A DNA stretch of 64,000 bases, from assembly GCA_013239625.1 (NCBI GenBank), contig MU053754.1, forward strand, positions 369,379 to 433,378, written 5' to 3'. Under the pieces are notes generated by a model, which was not told where the DNA came from, made no database searches, and worked only from the letters and a program-made list of their open reading frames with translations. Position numbers and translations under genes: made by a program. Origin of the DNA: Lama guanicoe. Lineage: Eukaryota. Of this stretch, positions 39,334 through 51,954 are shown piece by piece. Positions within the stretch are counted from its first letter, which is position 1; each line of letters opens with the position of its first letter.

Positions 39334-41322
39334 ATTTTTTTTAACATTTTTATTGATTTATAATCATTTTACAATGTTGTGTCAAATTCCAGTGTTCACA
39401 ATTTTTCAGTCATTCATGGACATATGCACACTCCTTGTCACATTTTTTCTCTATGAGTTATCATAACATTTTGTGTATATTTCCCTGTGCTATACAGTGT
39501 AATCTTGTTTATCTATTCTACCATTTTGAAATCCCAGTCTATCCCTTCCCACCCTCCACCCCCCTGGTAACCACAAGTCTGTATTCTCTGTCCATGAGTC
39601 TATTTCTGTCCTGTATTTATGCTTTGTTTTTGTTTGTTTGTTTGTTTTTGTTTTTGTTTTTTAGATTCCACATATGAGCGATCTCATATGGTATTTTTCT
39701 TTCTCTTTCTGGCTTACTTCACTTAGAATGACATTCTCCAGGAGCATCCATGTTGCTGCAAATGGCATTATGTTGTTGGTTTTTATGGCTGAGTAGTATT
39801 CCATTGTATAAATATACCACCTCTTCTTTATCCAGTCACCTGTTGGTGGACATTTAGGCTGTTTCCATGTTTTGGCTATTGTAAATAGTGCTGCTATGAA
39901 CATTGGGGTGCAGGTGTCATCCTGAAGTAGATTTCCTTCTGGATACAAGCCCAGGAGTGGGATTGCTGGGTCATATGGTAAGTCTATTCCTAGTCTTTTG
40001 AGGAATCTCCACACTGTTTTCCACAGTGGCTGCACCAAACTGCATTCCCACCAGCAGTGTAGGAGGGTTCCCCTTTCTCCACAGCCTCTCCAGCATTTGT
40101 CATTTGTGGATTTTTGAATGACGGCCATTCTGACTGGTGTGAGGTGATACCTCATTGTAGTTTTGATTTGCATTTCTCTGATAATTAGTGATATTGAGCA
40201 TTTTTTCATGTGCTTTTTGATCATTTGTATGTCTTCCTTGGAGAATTGCTTGTTTAGGTCTTCTGCCCATTTTTGGATTGGGTTGTTTATTTTTTTCTTA
40301 TTGAGTCGTATGAGCTGCTTATATATTTTGGAGATCAAGCCTTTGTCGGTTTCACTTGCAAAAATTTTCTCCCATTCCGTAGGTTTTCTTCTTGTTTTAT
40401 TTCTGGTTTCCTTTGCTCTGCAGAAGCTTGTAAGTTTCATTAGGTCCCATTTGTTTATTCTTGCTTTTATTTCTTCTAGGAGAAAATTTTTGAAATGTAT
40501 GTCAGATAATGTTTTGCCTATGTTTTCCTCTAGGAGGTTTATTGTATCTTGTCTTATGTTTAAGTCTTTAATCCATTTTGAGTTGATTTTTGTATATGGT
40601 GTAAGGGTGTGTTCTAGCTTCATTGTTTTACATGCTGCTGTCCAGTTTTCCCAACACCATTTGCTGAAGAGACTGTCTTTATTCCATTGTATATTCTTGC
40701 CTCCTTTGTCGAAGATGAGTTGACCAAAAGTTTGTGGGTTCATTTCTGGGCTCTCTATTCTGTTCCATTGGTCTATATGTCTGTTTTGGTACCAATACCA
40801 TGCTGTCTTGATGACTGTAGCTCTATAGTATTGTCTGAAGTCTGGGAGAGTTATTCCTCCAGCCTCTTTCTTTCTCTTCAGTAATGCTTTAGCAATTCTA
40901 GGTCTTTGATGGTTCCATATAAATTTTATTATGATTTGTTCTAGTTCTGTGAAATATGTCCTGGGTAATTGGATAGGGATTGCATTAAATGTGTAGATTG
41001 CCTGGTGCAGTGTGACCATTTTAACAATATTGATTCTTCCAATCCAGGAGCATGGGGTATCTTTTCATTTTTTAAAGTCTTCTTTAATTTCCTTCATCAA
41101 TGGTTTATAGTTTTCTGTGTATAATTCTTTCACCTCCTTGGTTAGATTTATTCCCAGATATTTTATTACTTTGGGTGCTATTTTAAAGGGGATTGTTTCT
41201 TTACTTTCTTTTTCTGTTGATTTATCGTTAGTGTAAAGAAATGCAACTGATTTTTGAACGTTAATTTTGTAACCTGCTACCTTGCTGAATTCTTCAATCA
41301 GCTCTAGTAGCTTTTGTGTGGA
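39334..41322 (-). mobile_element. Young 5'-truncated LINE-1, ~2 kb
   Basis: Perfect 17-bp TSD caacatttcatttattt at 39317-39333 and 41323-41339; near-intact ORF2 3' part, 3' UTR and A-rich tail. Confidence 0.97.
39661..41322 (-). pseudogene. L1 ORF2p C-terminal portion (end of RT region through CCHC domain) with one in-frame stop
   Basis: KLLELIEEFSKVAGYKINVQKS...KYLGINLTKEVK, TGA at 41065-41067 where ORF2p has Trp (KW), then in-frame 452-aa ORF with [40 protein letters not shown]. Confidence 0.95.
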
Positions 41323-42399
41323 CAACATTTCATTTATTTCTGATAAAACTCCATGTGTTAAAAAAAAATCTGTTTTCTGGATGAAAGATTTGGTCTCAGA
41401 GATGTAACTTGCTAAAGGTGAAGTGTTTAGCGATGTGATGGGGCTGATACTTGGGTTCATACCATTTCCTACAAATTGACAAAGCCCCATGGCTTTCCAC
41501 TCGCCATATTGAAATGGATTCTGGACTCAGCTTCCCACTGATTTGCTCTTAAACTTTTGTCACGCACATTAGCTTCCCTGGGATATGTTGCGTTTTATTG
41601 TCATGTAGTTGGAGATAGCCATTTCTCTGTCCTTCCAGTACTGCCCAGGTACAAGAGGTTATAGATGTGAAAGATTCTAGAACAGCAAAGGGTATGTAAA
41701 CTGTTTTTCTCTCTCAAAAATGATATCTTCATTCCCCTTTGCTTATCCAGGCAGGTTTTTGCACAGTACTGTCTGTGTCTGATACATTTTGGAAATTGTT
41801 TTGTGGTAAGAATGCTGAGAGTTATTATTATTCACATCTTGACGGCTCTTCTTTCTCCACAGCACCGAAGTTTATTGATTCCTTGTCATTTCTAAATTCT
41901 TCATGTCTTGACTACCACAAATTCTTCTCTTAGGCCCTTTTACTCCTCTGATAATGGCTTGATGTATAGGGACTAAGTAAGCGATCCTTCTTTGGACAGG
42001 CAAAACCATTTTCTATTTCCAGAAGTACTCCTTTTCTTTTTGTGTGCTCTCAGAATCATTTTTTAGGTTGCTTAGACTCCTAGAGGCATAGAACTGAAAG
42101 GCAGTAGCAGAGATGGTCACCTTCATAATAAGAAAGCCAAGAAAGACACCCACAAATCTGGTTAAGATGGTGGTTTTATAACTTCACAAAGAGGAAATGT
42201 ATGTCTGCATCATGCAGACATGGGAGCAATGTGGTGGATGCCTGCCGTCCTTCTGCAGACTTGTACTGAATGTGTACACCCTGTTTCAGCTGCTGTGCAC
42301 AGAGAGAGTAGTGACTACAAACAGAACATTATGGAGACTGTCTCAGGGAACAGAGGGGGTCGGAGTCGTGAAAATTGGCAGATATACAGGAAAAAAAAT

Positions 42400-42843
42400 T
42401 AGGGCATGACATACTAAGTCCTCATTATTGAATAATAAACCCCCATGCGTCATTGCTTACGACGCCACCCCTCCCAGTCTCCACATTCCTTGCCTTAGGA
42501 CTGTAGTTCTCTCCACCAGGGCCAGAGTGTACTCCCCATTCCTTGGCCTTGGGCTTGGTTGTGTTACTTGTCTTGGCCAGTGAGATGCCAGAGAGGCTTT
42601 TGATCTGTTTGTATGATGAAGTCATGCTGCTCTGGTGTCTGACCTAGTCGTAAGAGGGAGGAATCCCAGCGAACGGTCCCCTGCAAAGATTGCATGAAAT
42701 ACACGGAGTCATGCCGCGGAAAGTGCAGGCTAGACCATCTGACCAGCCGATGACCCACGGACATGTGAGACAGAATAAATAATATGTGCTTACCTCACTG
42801 AGTGTTGGGGAGGTTTGTTACACAGCAAAAGCTGACTCATACA
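42400..42843 (+). mobile_element. Old MLT1 (F/G/H-like) MaLR LTR
   Basis: 3' end ...acatgtgagacagaataaat...cactgagtgttggggaggtttgttacacagcaaaagctgactcataca; 5' boundary approximate. Confidence 0.65.
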
Positions 42844-42849
42844 CTCATG

Positions 42850-44500
42850 GGTGCATCATGTTGATTGAAGCAATACTTTAATTCTTTGAAATAAATTACA
42901 GACAGCATGACATGTCATCCCCAAAATATCTTTTTAAAAGGTCAGGGTATCTTGACCAAAATCACAGTAATGTTTTCGAAACTGATAGTGGAATATTCTG
43001 AATATTGCCTCGGACACAGGCCATATTTAAATTTTCCTAGTGCCTCCAAGAAAAGTGTTTATAGATGCTCTGTTCAAAGGAGAATTTATTTGCAATTGTA
43101 TCATTAGGTCTAAATCAGTATCTCCAACTTGGTGACATTGACGTGATGAAAACAAAACAAAACAAAAAAAAACCCAGTTGCTTTCTGGGGTGTTTTGGAT
43201 TTGTTTGATGGTTTTCTCGTGGTGTGTTCTCTTGCCATCTGTCTCTGTATCTCCTGTCCCCTGGAAGTTAGCTCTAGAGCTTTCTAGACTCAGTGTCAAC
43301 ATTTCATTCCTGAAACCTTCCTGAGTGTTGTGTGATTAATGGCGTTAAGTGGCCCTGTGGGGCTTGGTTGTCCTGCATAGACGGGCTAAGACCCATCACT
43401 GAATTCAGAGCCCATCTTTCCCTTATAGGATTACATTCCCCGCAAATCCCTGTAACCAGCGATTTCCTAGGGTGGCATTTTGGCACCAGGTGAATATCCA
43501 TTTCCCAGCAATAATCCTTTTTTTTTTTTAATGTGCTTTTTAGTTTTAGGATATGTCTACATTTACAGAAAAATGGCAGCAAAGTACAGAGGGTTCCCAT
43601 ATACACGATGCTCCATTTCCCACATTATTAACATCCTGCATTCATAGCGTCCATTTCTCATAATTAATGAACCAAGATGGAACACATTTCTGTAACCAAG
43701 GCCCGTACACTATTCAGATTTCCTTAGTTTTCCCCAGTGTCATTTCTCTGGTCCAGAATCCCATCCAGATGCCACGTTACATTCAGTTATCATGTCTCCT
43801 TACGTGCCTATGGGCTGTGACAGTTTTTCAGACTTTCCTTGGGTTTGATGACCTGGAGAGCTTTGGGGAGTGCTTGGCCCCTATTTTGTAGAGTGTGTGT
43901 CAATTTGAATTTGTTTAATGTTTTTCTCGCGATTAGATGGGGATTGGGGGCTTGGGGGAGGCAGACCACAAGGGTAAACTGTCGTCTTCATTACATCACA
44001 TCCAGGCTGCACATGTGATGTATCACTGTTGAGCCTGACCTGACACCACCTTGTCTGAGGGAGTGTCCGTCAGGTTTCTCCACTGTAATGTTACTTCTTT
44101 GAAAACTCCCAGCTGTCCTCTTCGGAAGAAAGTGACTCTTGGGGACTTTTTCTCCACCCCCTTGAGGATGGGGAAAACATACGTTATTTAGAATTCTTCT
44201 GCCTGGGAGATTTGTCTGTTCTCACCTGTGTATTTATTTTACATATTTCATTCTTATCACCAGGGGCTTATGGATATTCATTTACTTCTTTAGGTCAATT
44301 ATCCAAGATTACTTTATTCATTTTGCCCATTAAGCTTTTACATAATGGTTTTCATTGCCAATGATTCTTCCTTGATAGGTATGTTTTTATTAGGAATTTA
44401 CAAAATAGCGATTTGTCTTAACTGTCTCATTCCACGTGCATGTATTAGCTCGCACCTGCTCACAGAGAAGAGCTTTGCGTCCTGACCTGGGGTGACCCAC
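42850..44500 (-). mobile_element. Old L1M fragments, with an L1MC/MD-like 3' end at ~43520-44330 nested in an older L1ME-like piece
   Basis: aaagtacagagggttcccatatacac...tttctctggtccagaatcccatccaga...gtcaggtttctccactgtaatgttact. Confidence 0.7.
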
Positions 44501-44808
44501 TGCCCTGAAACAGGGCTCCTCCTGGAGGGGCAGAGCGGTCTCAGCTGGCGCCCTTTAATCTTGCATTTTTACAGTAGAGAGCTGGTGTGATGGTCTACAA
44601 ATAATGTGGTGCTCATCTGTTTTTTCGAAGCTTAATGAGCAATTATGACATGGATGTGACTTTAGATTGTTTCAGATACCCCCTCAAGAGAGTCCTGTGA
44701 AGGAACAGTGCTTGGCAGACTAAATTAATTGCCTCGGGTTATTGCCACGTTCAGAAGTCGTAGTGCACCATGCTGGAAACTCAGTTCTGCTGGTTCCAGA
44801 ACCTGTGA

Positions 44809-44948
44809 TTTTTCTGTTGTTGTTGTGGGATGGGGAGTGGGTAGTTACGTTTTTATTTATTTACTTTAGCGGAGGCACTGGAGATTGAACCTGGGACCTC
44901 GTGCGTGCTAAGCCTGTGCTCTACCACTGAGCTGTACCTGCGCCCCCA
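44809..44948 (-). mobile_element. tRNA-derived SINE (Vic-1-like)
   Basis: gagattgaacctgggacctcgtgcgtgctaagcctgtgctctaccactgagctgtac; 11-bp TSD agaacctgtga at 44798-44808 and 44949-44959. Confidence 0.9.
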
Positions 44949-46309
44949 AGAACCTGTGACCTGAACAGCAGTGCTCTCGTGCACCCAAACACACCTTCCT
45001 CTTTACCCGTCCCCACCTTGCTTCCTTTTTCGATCTTCAGTGGAGCTGGTGATGGACGGCATTCCGAGTCCCCATATGGGTCCCCTCCAAGGCTCCGGAG
45101 TATCGCTCCTTTTCTTCCTAAATCCCCCGTTTCCTAAGCAGTAGGCACCACTGAGATCTTCCTCTGCTTACATCTTAAGATACCTGTAGAAAGGTGAATG
45201 TCTTGTTAAATAACAGTAGTATTCCCTCTCGTGTCTCTCCCCGCTTTTATCAATTTGGAGTGAGAGCATGTCGAGCCCCTCCTTGTCCTCCTCCCTCTCA
45301 GCAGCACACCCCCTTGCCAGCAGGCGTGGAAACAACAGTTCGCACAGAACTCCGCGTGCAGCGTCTTTCCCTTCATCGGCACTAGTTCCGCGTGCTCGGT
45401 GGGGCTGGGGCGAGGAGCATCACTCGAGTTGCCGTAGCTCCACCCCGTGTGTGCATCAGGAAAGACAGACTGCAGCGGGCTCTTTGCCCGGGGCTGTGCG
45501 ATGGTCCCGCTGTTTTGTTATGAGATAAAGGAATGGCATATTTATGGTGGTTTGAAATCGTCGTCCGCTGTCCTTGGTAAGCAGCTGCTTTGGATGCGGT
45601 ACAGGGTAGCGATGGTGTTGCTTGTGAGGACTTTCAGATGGGAGTCTGTGAACACAGTTCCTTGACACGGGAGAAAAAGGGGCCAACAGGAAGAAGAGAG
45701 AGATTGCTCTGCAGATTCCGTGTAAACGTGCAAGGCACCTGCACACCTGGTTTTACACACAGCTATTAGGAAGCCCAGGTCTCCGCGGGTGTGTTGACCA
45801 CACACACACAGCAGGCTTGACCTGCTGTTTCTATTCCTTGTCTTGTCGACAGTCACATGTCCCTGAAATTGTGTTTTCCTGGAGCTTTACCTGTGTCCTG
45901 TGTTGCGGTCTTTTGAGAGCATACACGTTCCTTAAAGCGTGACGAAGAAAAAAACTCTCTCACGCAGCTAGAAGGAAAAGAAAATTCCTTCCCTCACTCT
46001 CGGGAAGGGGTGCTTTGAGAGAGAGGTGTTCACGTTGTGTGTCTGAAGTCAAGGGCGGAGCGATTCTGCGGCAGTGACTGGCTGTTAACAAAAGGACTTG
46101 GTTTAGCTACTCTTTGACTTTCTGAACCATAGTGATCATAAGTGACTAATTTATTTACTAGTATCTCTTATTTTTAATTTTGTGTTTAGTCCTATTTCTC
46201 ATCTTTGAAGGGCTATGGAAAACTCTTTTCTGGGCGTGCACGTTAGTAGGATGTAGGGGCTCTGTGAACGAGGTCAGGTGTGAGCAGATGTTTCCTCTTC
46301 CTACATCGC

Positions 46310-46890
46310 AGCTCTAAGTGTGGTCCAGCAGCATCCGCATCCGTCGTCTGAGCCTGTAGGAGATGCAGATGCTTGGACCCGACCCAGACCTATGGAATCA
46401 CAATTCGCACAGTCTTCCAGTGATGTGTGCACGTTTTAAAGACTGAGTGCTGAGTTAGCCCAGCCCTTCTCAGCCAAGGCTGCATTTTACAATTGCTTGT
46501 TGACATTTCTAAAAATATTGATGCCTGCAGGATGCGTAAGTCCTGGAGATGAGACCAGTGGACTAGGTCTCTCCCCCTCATCAAGATGTACAGTTCTCTT
46601 GAAATTTGCTAGGAGAAAAGATATTATTCTCACCAAGAAAAAAAAAGTAACTGTATGAAATAACAGATATATTAATGAGTTTGATGGTAAACATTTCACA
46701 ATATATACATGTATCAAAATATCTTTTGTACACCTTAAATAGATACATCTTTTATTTGTCAGTGATACCTCAGTAAAGCTGGGGGAATCTCTGCTCGCAG
46801 AGATTCTGAATTAATTTGTCTTGGGGTGTGGTTTGAGTTAACACTGTCTGGAAGATTATTCTAATCTGAAGCCAGATTTGAGAACTAGTG
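46310..46890. mobile_element. MER5A-like MITEs, one interrupted by an L1MB-like 3' end (+ strand, ~46600-46785)
   Basis: aagtgtggtccagcagcatc...atgcagatgcttggacccgacccagacct; L1 end atatatacatgtatcaaaat...tgtacaccttaaat...tacctcagtaaagctgggg. Confidence 0.6.
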
Positions 46891-47114
46891 ATCTAGCTCC
46901 TTCTGTCTGTGCTGCTTCCTCACTGCTCCTCAAAGGGTCATCTGTGCCTGTCTGCATGAGAGCCGCGTGGGTCTCTTTTCATTAGAAAAGCGTGACTTAG
47001 AATTCACCGTCTCGGGACCTGCCCCCGAGACGCTGCATCAAGGCTTCGGGTGATTCCCAGCTTGTTGAAGCCTCGTAGCTCGGCCCTGGGGCTGTGAGCC
47101 TCTTAAGAGGGATG

Positions 47115-47655
47115 TGTCAGGGGTCCTTGAGTCCACGCTGGGTTCAGGGGTTCACTTGAAGTCACGGGACTCAGAACTTGTTACACCCATGGTTACGGTT
47201 TGTCACCGTGAAAAGATACAAAGGACAATCAGCAGAGGGAAAAGGCACGTGGGGCGAAGTCCCTGGGAAACGAGGCATGAGTCTCCACGAGACCTCTCCC
47301 CGTGGGGCAGCACACGGCATGCTTAGTTCGTCCAGCCACGAGTTGTAATGACACGGGCAGGGTGGTCTGCCAGGAGCACCAGCTCACGTCTCGGAACTCA
47401 GCGTCTCTATCCTGGGTCGTGGTTTACAAAGCTCCAGACCGCTAGAGGGAGAGCAGACTGCAAGTCACATGACTTTACAGCTACACAGACGGTCTTGGCA
47501 GTCAGGTTCACGGTCCCAAGTGTGAGAAGCACTCTTAGCATTTGGGGGACATTCGAAAAGCTTAATTCACAGAGGTCCAACAAAGGCGAGTACCCCAGTG
47601 GGCGCTTCCTGCGCTTGTGCAGCCCGGGCCTGCTGGGTTCTCTCCTTCCTGTGCA
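47115..47655 (-). mobile_element. MER21-like solo LTR
   Basis: tgtcaggggtccttgagtccac...atcagcagagggaaaaggcacgtggggcgaagtcc...ggcctgctgggttctctccttcctgtgca. Confidence 0.8.
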
Positions 47656-47939
47656 GGAGGTCAGGTTGGTGAGTCCTCGAAGTGGATCCCCTTGACCGCA
47701 GCCTACTTTGCCAGGCTCATGGTGGGACAGTCAGAACTGAAGCGAAATTCATTGGGAGTTAAAACTCTTCTCTACCCCTTATAAACTCTATTAACTGACA
47801 CAAATTACATAGCTTAATTTGAGCAAATTGCTCAACCTAAGGTTTTGTGAACCTCCAAAGAAATAAAACTAGCATGCCTTATAAAATGTACCCAGCAGAC
47901 CAATGGGATACAGTAGATGCTCTGTGAGTATCAGTCTCC

Positions 47940-49260
47940 TTCTCCGCTGGGCCTGGGAAGGCGGACCCCTGGTGCGTCATTTCACTTCCGCCCTGTTCCT
48001 CTATTTCCCAGCCCTTCTCAGACTTCAGCGGGCACACAGATCCGCTGGGGATGTTGACAACATGCAGATTTGAGCATGGGCGTGAAATTCTGAGTTTACA
48101 CAGCTTCTGGGTGATGTTGGACCGTGGGCCGTGTGTTGAGTAGAGAGGTGCTACTACACCCGCCGTCTTCCCGGTTGTGGCAGTGTTACGTCCCGGAGAA
48201 ACCCAGACAGCACGTTCGCTGTAGGCTCCTTAAACACCCTCCTCCTTTCCAGCCGCCCCTTGTCAACCTGGTAGACCTACAATGTTACGGAACAGCAGTT
48301 TTCAAATGTTACTCTTCAAAGAATTACCTCGCTTTCTGGTTAAAAGGGTGGATTCTGGATCTCCAGCCCACTGTGGTTCACGTGCGGCAAGCAGCTCAGG
48401 GCTTGCGTTTTGTGGTGCTGTGTTTTACAGGGGGAGAATGCTGCCGTCGGGTCCGGGTCCTGGAGACTCCGGGTCTATGTGAAGGCGCTGAGCTGCGCCC
48501 AAAGGATGGAAGTGTGGGTGTGGAGGCTGTTGTGAAGGCATGTTTGTATAGTGAGCGCCCCGTGTCTGATGGCTAAGCTTGTGTATCTGCTGCGGTGACA
48601 CTGGGGGGGTTGATGGAGGCTTGGGGGGGGTCTCTGAAACCTTTCAAGCCCCTCCTCGGTGCCGCCTTTGGAGGGCAGCAGTCATGAACCGCACGGCAGA
48701 AGGAGCGAGGGCCCGCCATTGGTGCCTTGCTCTGGGCAGCCTGGCGTGTCCTGCAGCTGCCCGCGGAGCGGGAATGCCCCCCTTCAGTACGATGTATCAT
48801 CACAGAGCTCGAGGGAAATGCCCGGGAGATTTCAGTGTCCTCTGGTTGGTTCTCTGGTCGCGGAATTGAGTGGGGACGCCCTCGGTACGCAGCTTCTTCT
48901 CTTTCTCTCCTTCACAGGTGTCCCAGAGCGGGGTTAGCAGTGTAGCTGAGGAGGAAAGGGACGCCTGGCCCCACAGGAACATTGGCCCTTCTCCACCAGC
49001 TCGTCCAGGGTAGCCCTCAGCACAGTGACACAGAGGCTCTCCTGGAGTCGTGCAAACCCGGGTAGGGAGGGCCTAGATTTCCGCTGCCAGGACCCCCTTC
49101 CCCTCCACACTCGCAGGAGCACGCTGGCACTGCAGCCTGAAACGGTAGGGACCCTGGTGTCCAGCCCCAGCCCTGCCTGTGCTTGCGGAGTCAAGGAGCC
49201 CGAGGTAGGAAAGGTTGGACGGTGGCTTCGGTGACAGTGTCAGGGCTGCAGAGCCTGGCC
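47940..49260. promoter_or_regulatory. CpG-enriched, GC-rich block; candidate weak CpG island or regulatory element
   Basis: Roughly 55 CpG by hand count in 48121-49260; tgcgtca (CRE/AP-1-like) and cacttccgcc (ETS-like) at 47973-47992. Confidence 0.35.
48010..48145. mobile_element. MER5B-like MITE
   Basis: cttctcagacttcagcgggcacacagatccgctggggatgttgacaacatgcagatt...ggaccgtgggccgtgtgttgagtag. Confidence 0.55.
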
Positions 49261-51954
49261 CTTATCTCCCAGATGCTTGTTTCAGTCACTGCACCATCTG
49301 CTTCGCTGCAGACAGGAGCAAATTAGCTTCTTCCCAAACAGTACACCCTGCGGGAAACCGTCTTGAGGGTCAATAGCACATATTCACACGGACTTAAGGG
49401 GCAGTCAGGCTGCTGAAAGGGTGCATGCTTCCTTTCCTTCCTTGACGTATTTATTGATAATGTTGGCTATGGGGAGAACAGGATGCCTTCTGGGACGGAT
49501 ATTGGTTGTAAAGGGTTGTACGTCGGCAAGAAAAGTGACATTAAGCCAGGAGTCCAAAGGGTTAGACAGCGATGTTAACATAATGCTAATCATTTCGCAT
49601 TAGATGGGTGGATAATGCAGGAGGTGAGGATAATAACTGTGTGTTGTTTTTTCTTTTTATGGTGTTTTTTGTTTACAGTAAATTGTTGGTCCTGATGTTT
49701 GAATTGCCTTGAAAAATGGCACCAAAATTCCTCTGTCCAAATGAACGTTTCCTTTCAAAGCAGTCGACTCGTAGGGCTGCATCCTTGTTCCAGTGATACT
49801 GACACTTCTTAAAAACGTTCTTTTAAACGCCTCTTTCAGAGCCTCAGGCATTTTCTTTAAGTGTTCTCAGTCATAGCGGGCTTTTCCATGGAATCTAGGT
49901 TGATATTTGGGATGATGCCCCCAAGTTTTTATTTAGGAAAATCACGTGGGGTTTTATGAAGGATGTGGAAGGTTGAGAAAATTTTTAGGAGTCAAAAGGA
50001 AAAAGAAGCAGATGACCCAGAATAGGGCTCGTGTCTTGGAAGTTGATGCGTGTGTCCTGCAGGTGTGGCGGGAAGACGGACTGTGAGGGACGAGCTCACC
50101 TCTAGCTGTGCCCCGGTCTGGGCTGTCGCCTACCCAGATGACTTGACTGGGTTTGAGTGAAGCCGTTCTTACAGTGAGCATACTCTGGGCTGGTTTAGTC
50201 AAACCTTTAGCCAGGGTTGAGTTATTCCATTGTGGCCATGGTGATGAGATAGGGAAATCCATGCTGGGTGCATTGGACCAACACGAAGACAGGCAGAGGA
50301 TGTCTGATGATCTGCCCATTACACATGGGACCCTCCTCTCTGTCTGATGCAAAGAAGAGGAAAAGGGGGAGGCTTTTAGACCCAAAGTCAAGTCAGAGAG
50401 GCAGATGGAGGATTCCTGGGTTTGCTTGGACTCAGTGAAGCAGGAGTCCCAACCCAGGTCTTCCGTGGTCCGCCCAGTGCAAGAGACTGTATGGGGGTGG
50501 GGAGAGAACGCATAGGCAGCCGTACCTGAGAGGAAGCCCAGGGCAGAGCATTTTTGGAGCATTTGCTCTTTTCTGTATTTGATAAACTCAACCCTTTGGT
50601 GCTGCAAAGATGTTCTTTCCCAAGGACGGAGGAACTGCATTGCTGCCCAGGGAGCCCCTGGCATCGGCCCCATTAGGAGCCTCTAGGTCAAGCAAGGTCA
50701 AGTTCAAGAGAGCCTATTTGGAAGGTCGTCGGGCAGGGTACAAAGATGGGAGAAGCCTGGGCGAGTGTTGAGGGTGATGACCATCCTGTTATTCTTTCCA
50801 CTCACCCTAAGGGCGTCCCTCATTACGGGAGGCAGCTGACAAAGTGGACATGTGAAAGACCGAATGTGGGAAGAGACGTGATGTATATCCAGATGGATAA
50901 TAACACAATGTGTTAATTTTGTAGTTGCGTTTCGTAGAGTTTAAAAAATGTAGGTGTACTTTATATCACCGAAAAACACAATTGCCAGGGCAAACCATGA
51001 AAAACAAAAATCCTACTTTCTGCTGATAGAAGGGCACAGGGTGTGAGGTGGAGGAGCTGAGAAGATACAGCCTCCCTCGTCTGCGTGGAGCCGGCACTGT
51101 CCATTGGCCACGGTCCCTCGGTGTCTGTTTTGTACGGCCTCTCGCTCTCTAAGGGTCTGCACTTGGCTTCCTCAGCGTAACAGGGTCTCCCGAGTTCCTT
51201 TCCCAGGATGCAGGAGTGGAACTACAAGGTTGCTTGAGGTTTACTCTGCAGACCTCAGAAAGCACCCCAGGTTTTGGTACCCCGCACTTAAGCATATTTA
51301 TCTGATGGTTCAGTACTTACTTGGTTAACGTATCTCAGTAACACATGCATATGGTACAAAAGTCAAAGGTACAAAAGGACGAACAGTGAAAAGCCTTCTT
51401 GCTGTACTGTTTTCCTCTGCTGCCAGGTCCCACCTCCAGAACCAACTGTGCTGCTGTATTTTTGCCAAATGTGCATTTACCTAATTTTATTGTGTTCAAA
51501 TCAAACGCTCAGGACTAACTGGGGAGAGACCCATTCGGACAGGGTCGGAGGTGGTATTTATTTGAAGTCAGCAACCGACGGTACCACTTTCTGCTGCTTC
51601 TAAAATGAGAAGCACTGATGGCAGGGGAGAAAGGAGAAACTGGGAGGTGGATACAGATGAAAATCCGGGGGGCCCCGCAATCTATCGTCCTGAGCTGCAA
51701 ACATGCCCTGTAGGGCGACAGTGTGGATGATGATAAATTACCAGTCTCCTCTCCCAAAGCATTTGGGAGAGCAGCTTTTTAAAGGACAGATAAAATATTA
51801 ACAAGGCCCACGCATTTATTCAGCTGATACATAATACTAATGCAGCGTGTCACCAGTGGGCCTACTTCCACACTTGTCTCCGATGCTGCAAAGTGACTAT
51901 TCCGGCAGAAGAAGGTTCGGAACAGAGATCTGAGCTTGTTGAAAGCTTGTTTAA

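Noticed and set aside
40163..40723. 186-aa hydrophobic ORF on the + strand
   Set aside because: Antisense shadow of L1 ORF2, a well-known artefact
49954..50673. 239-aa ORF on the - strand
   Set aside because: No recognisable domain; composition typical of a chance ORF in GC-rich non-coding DNA
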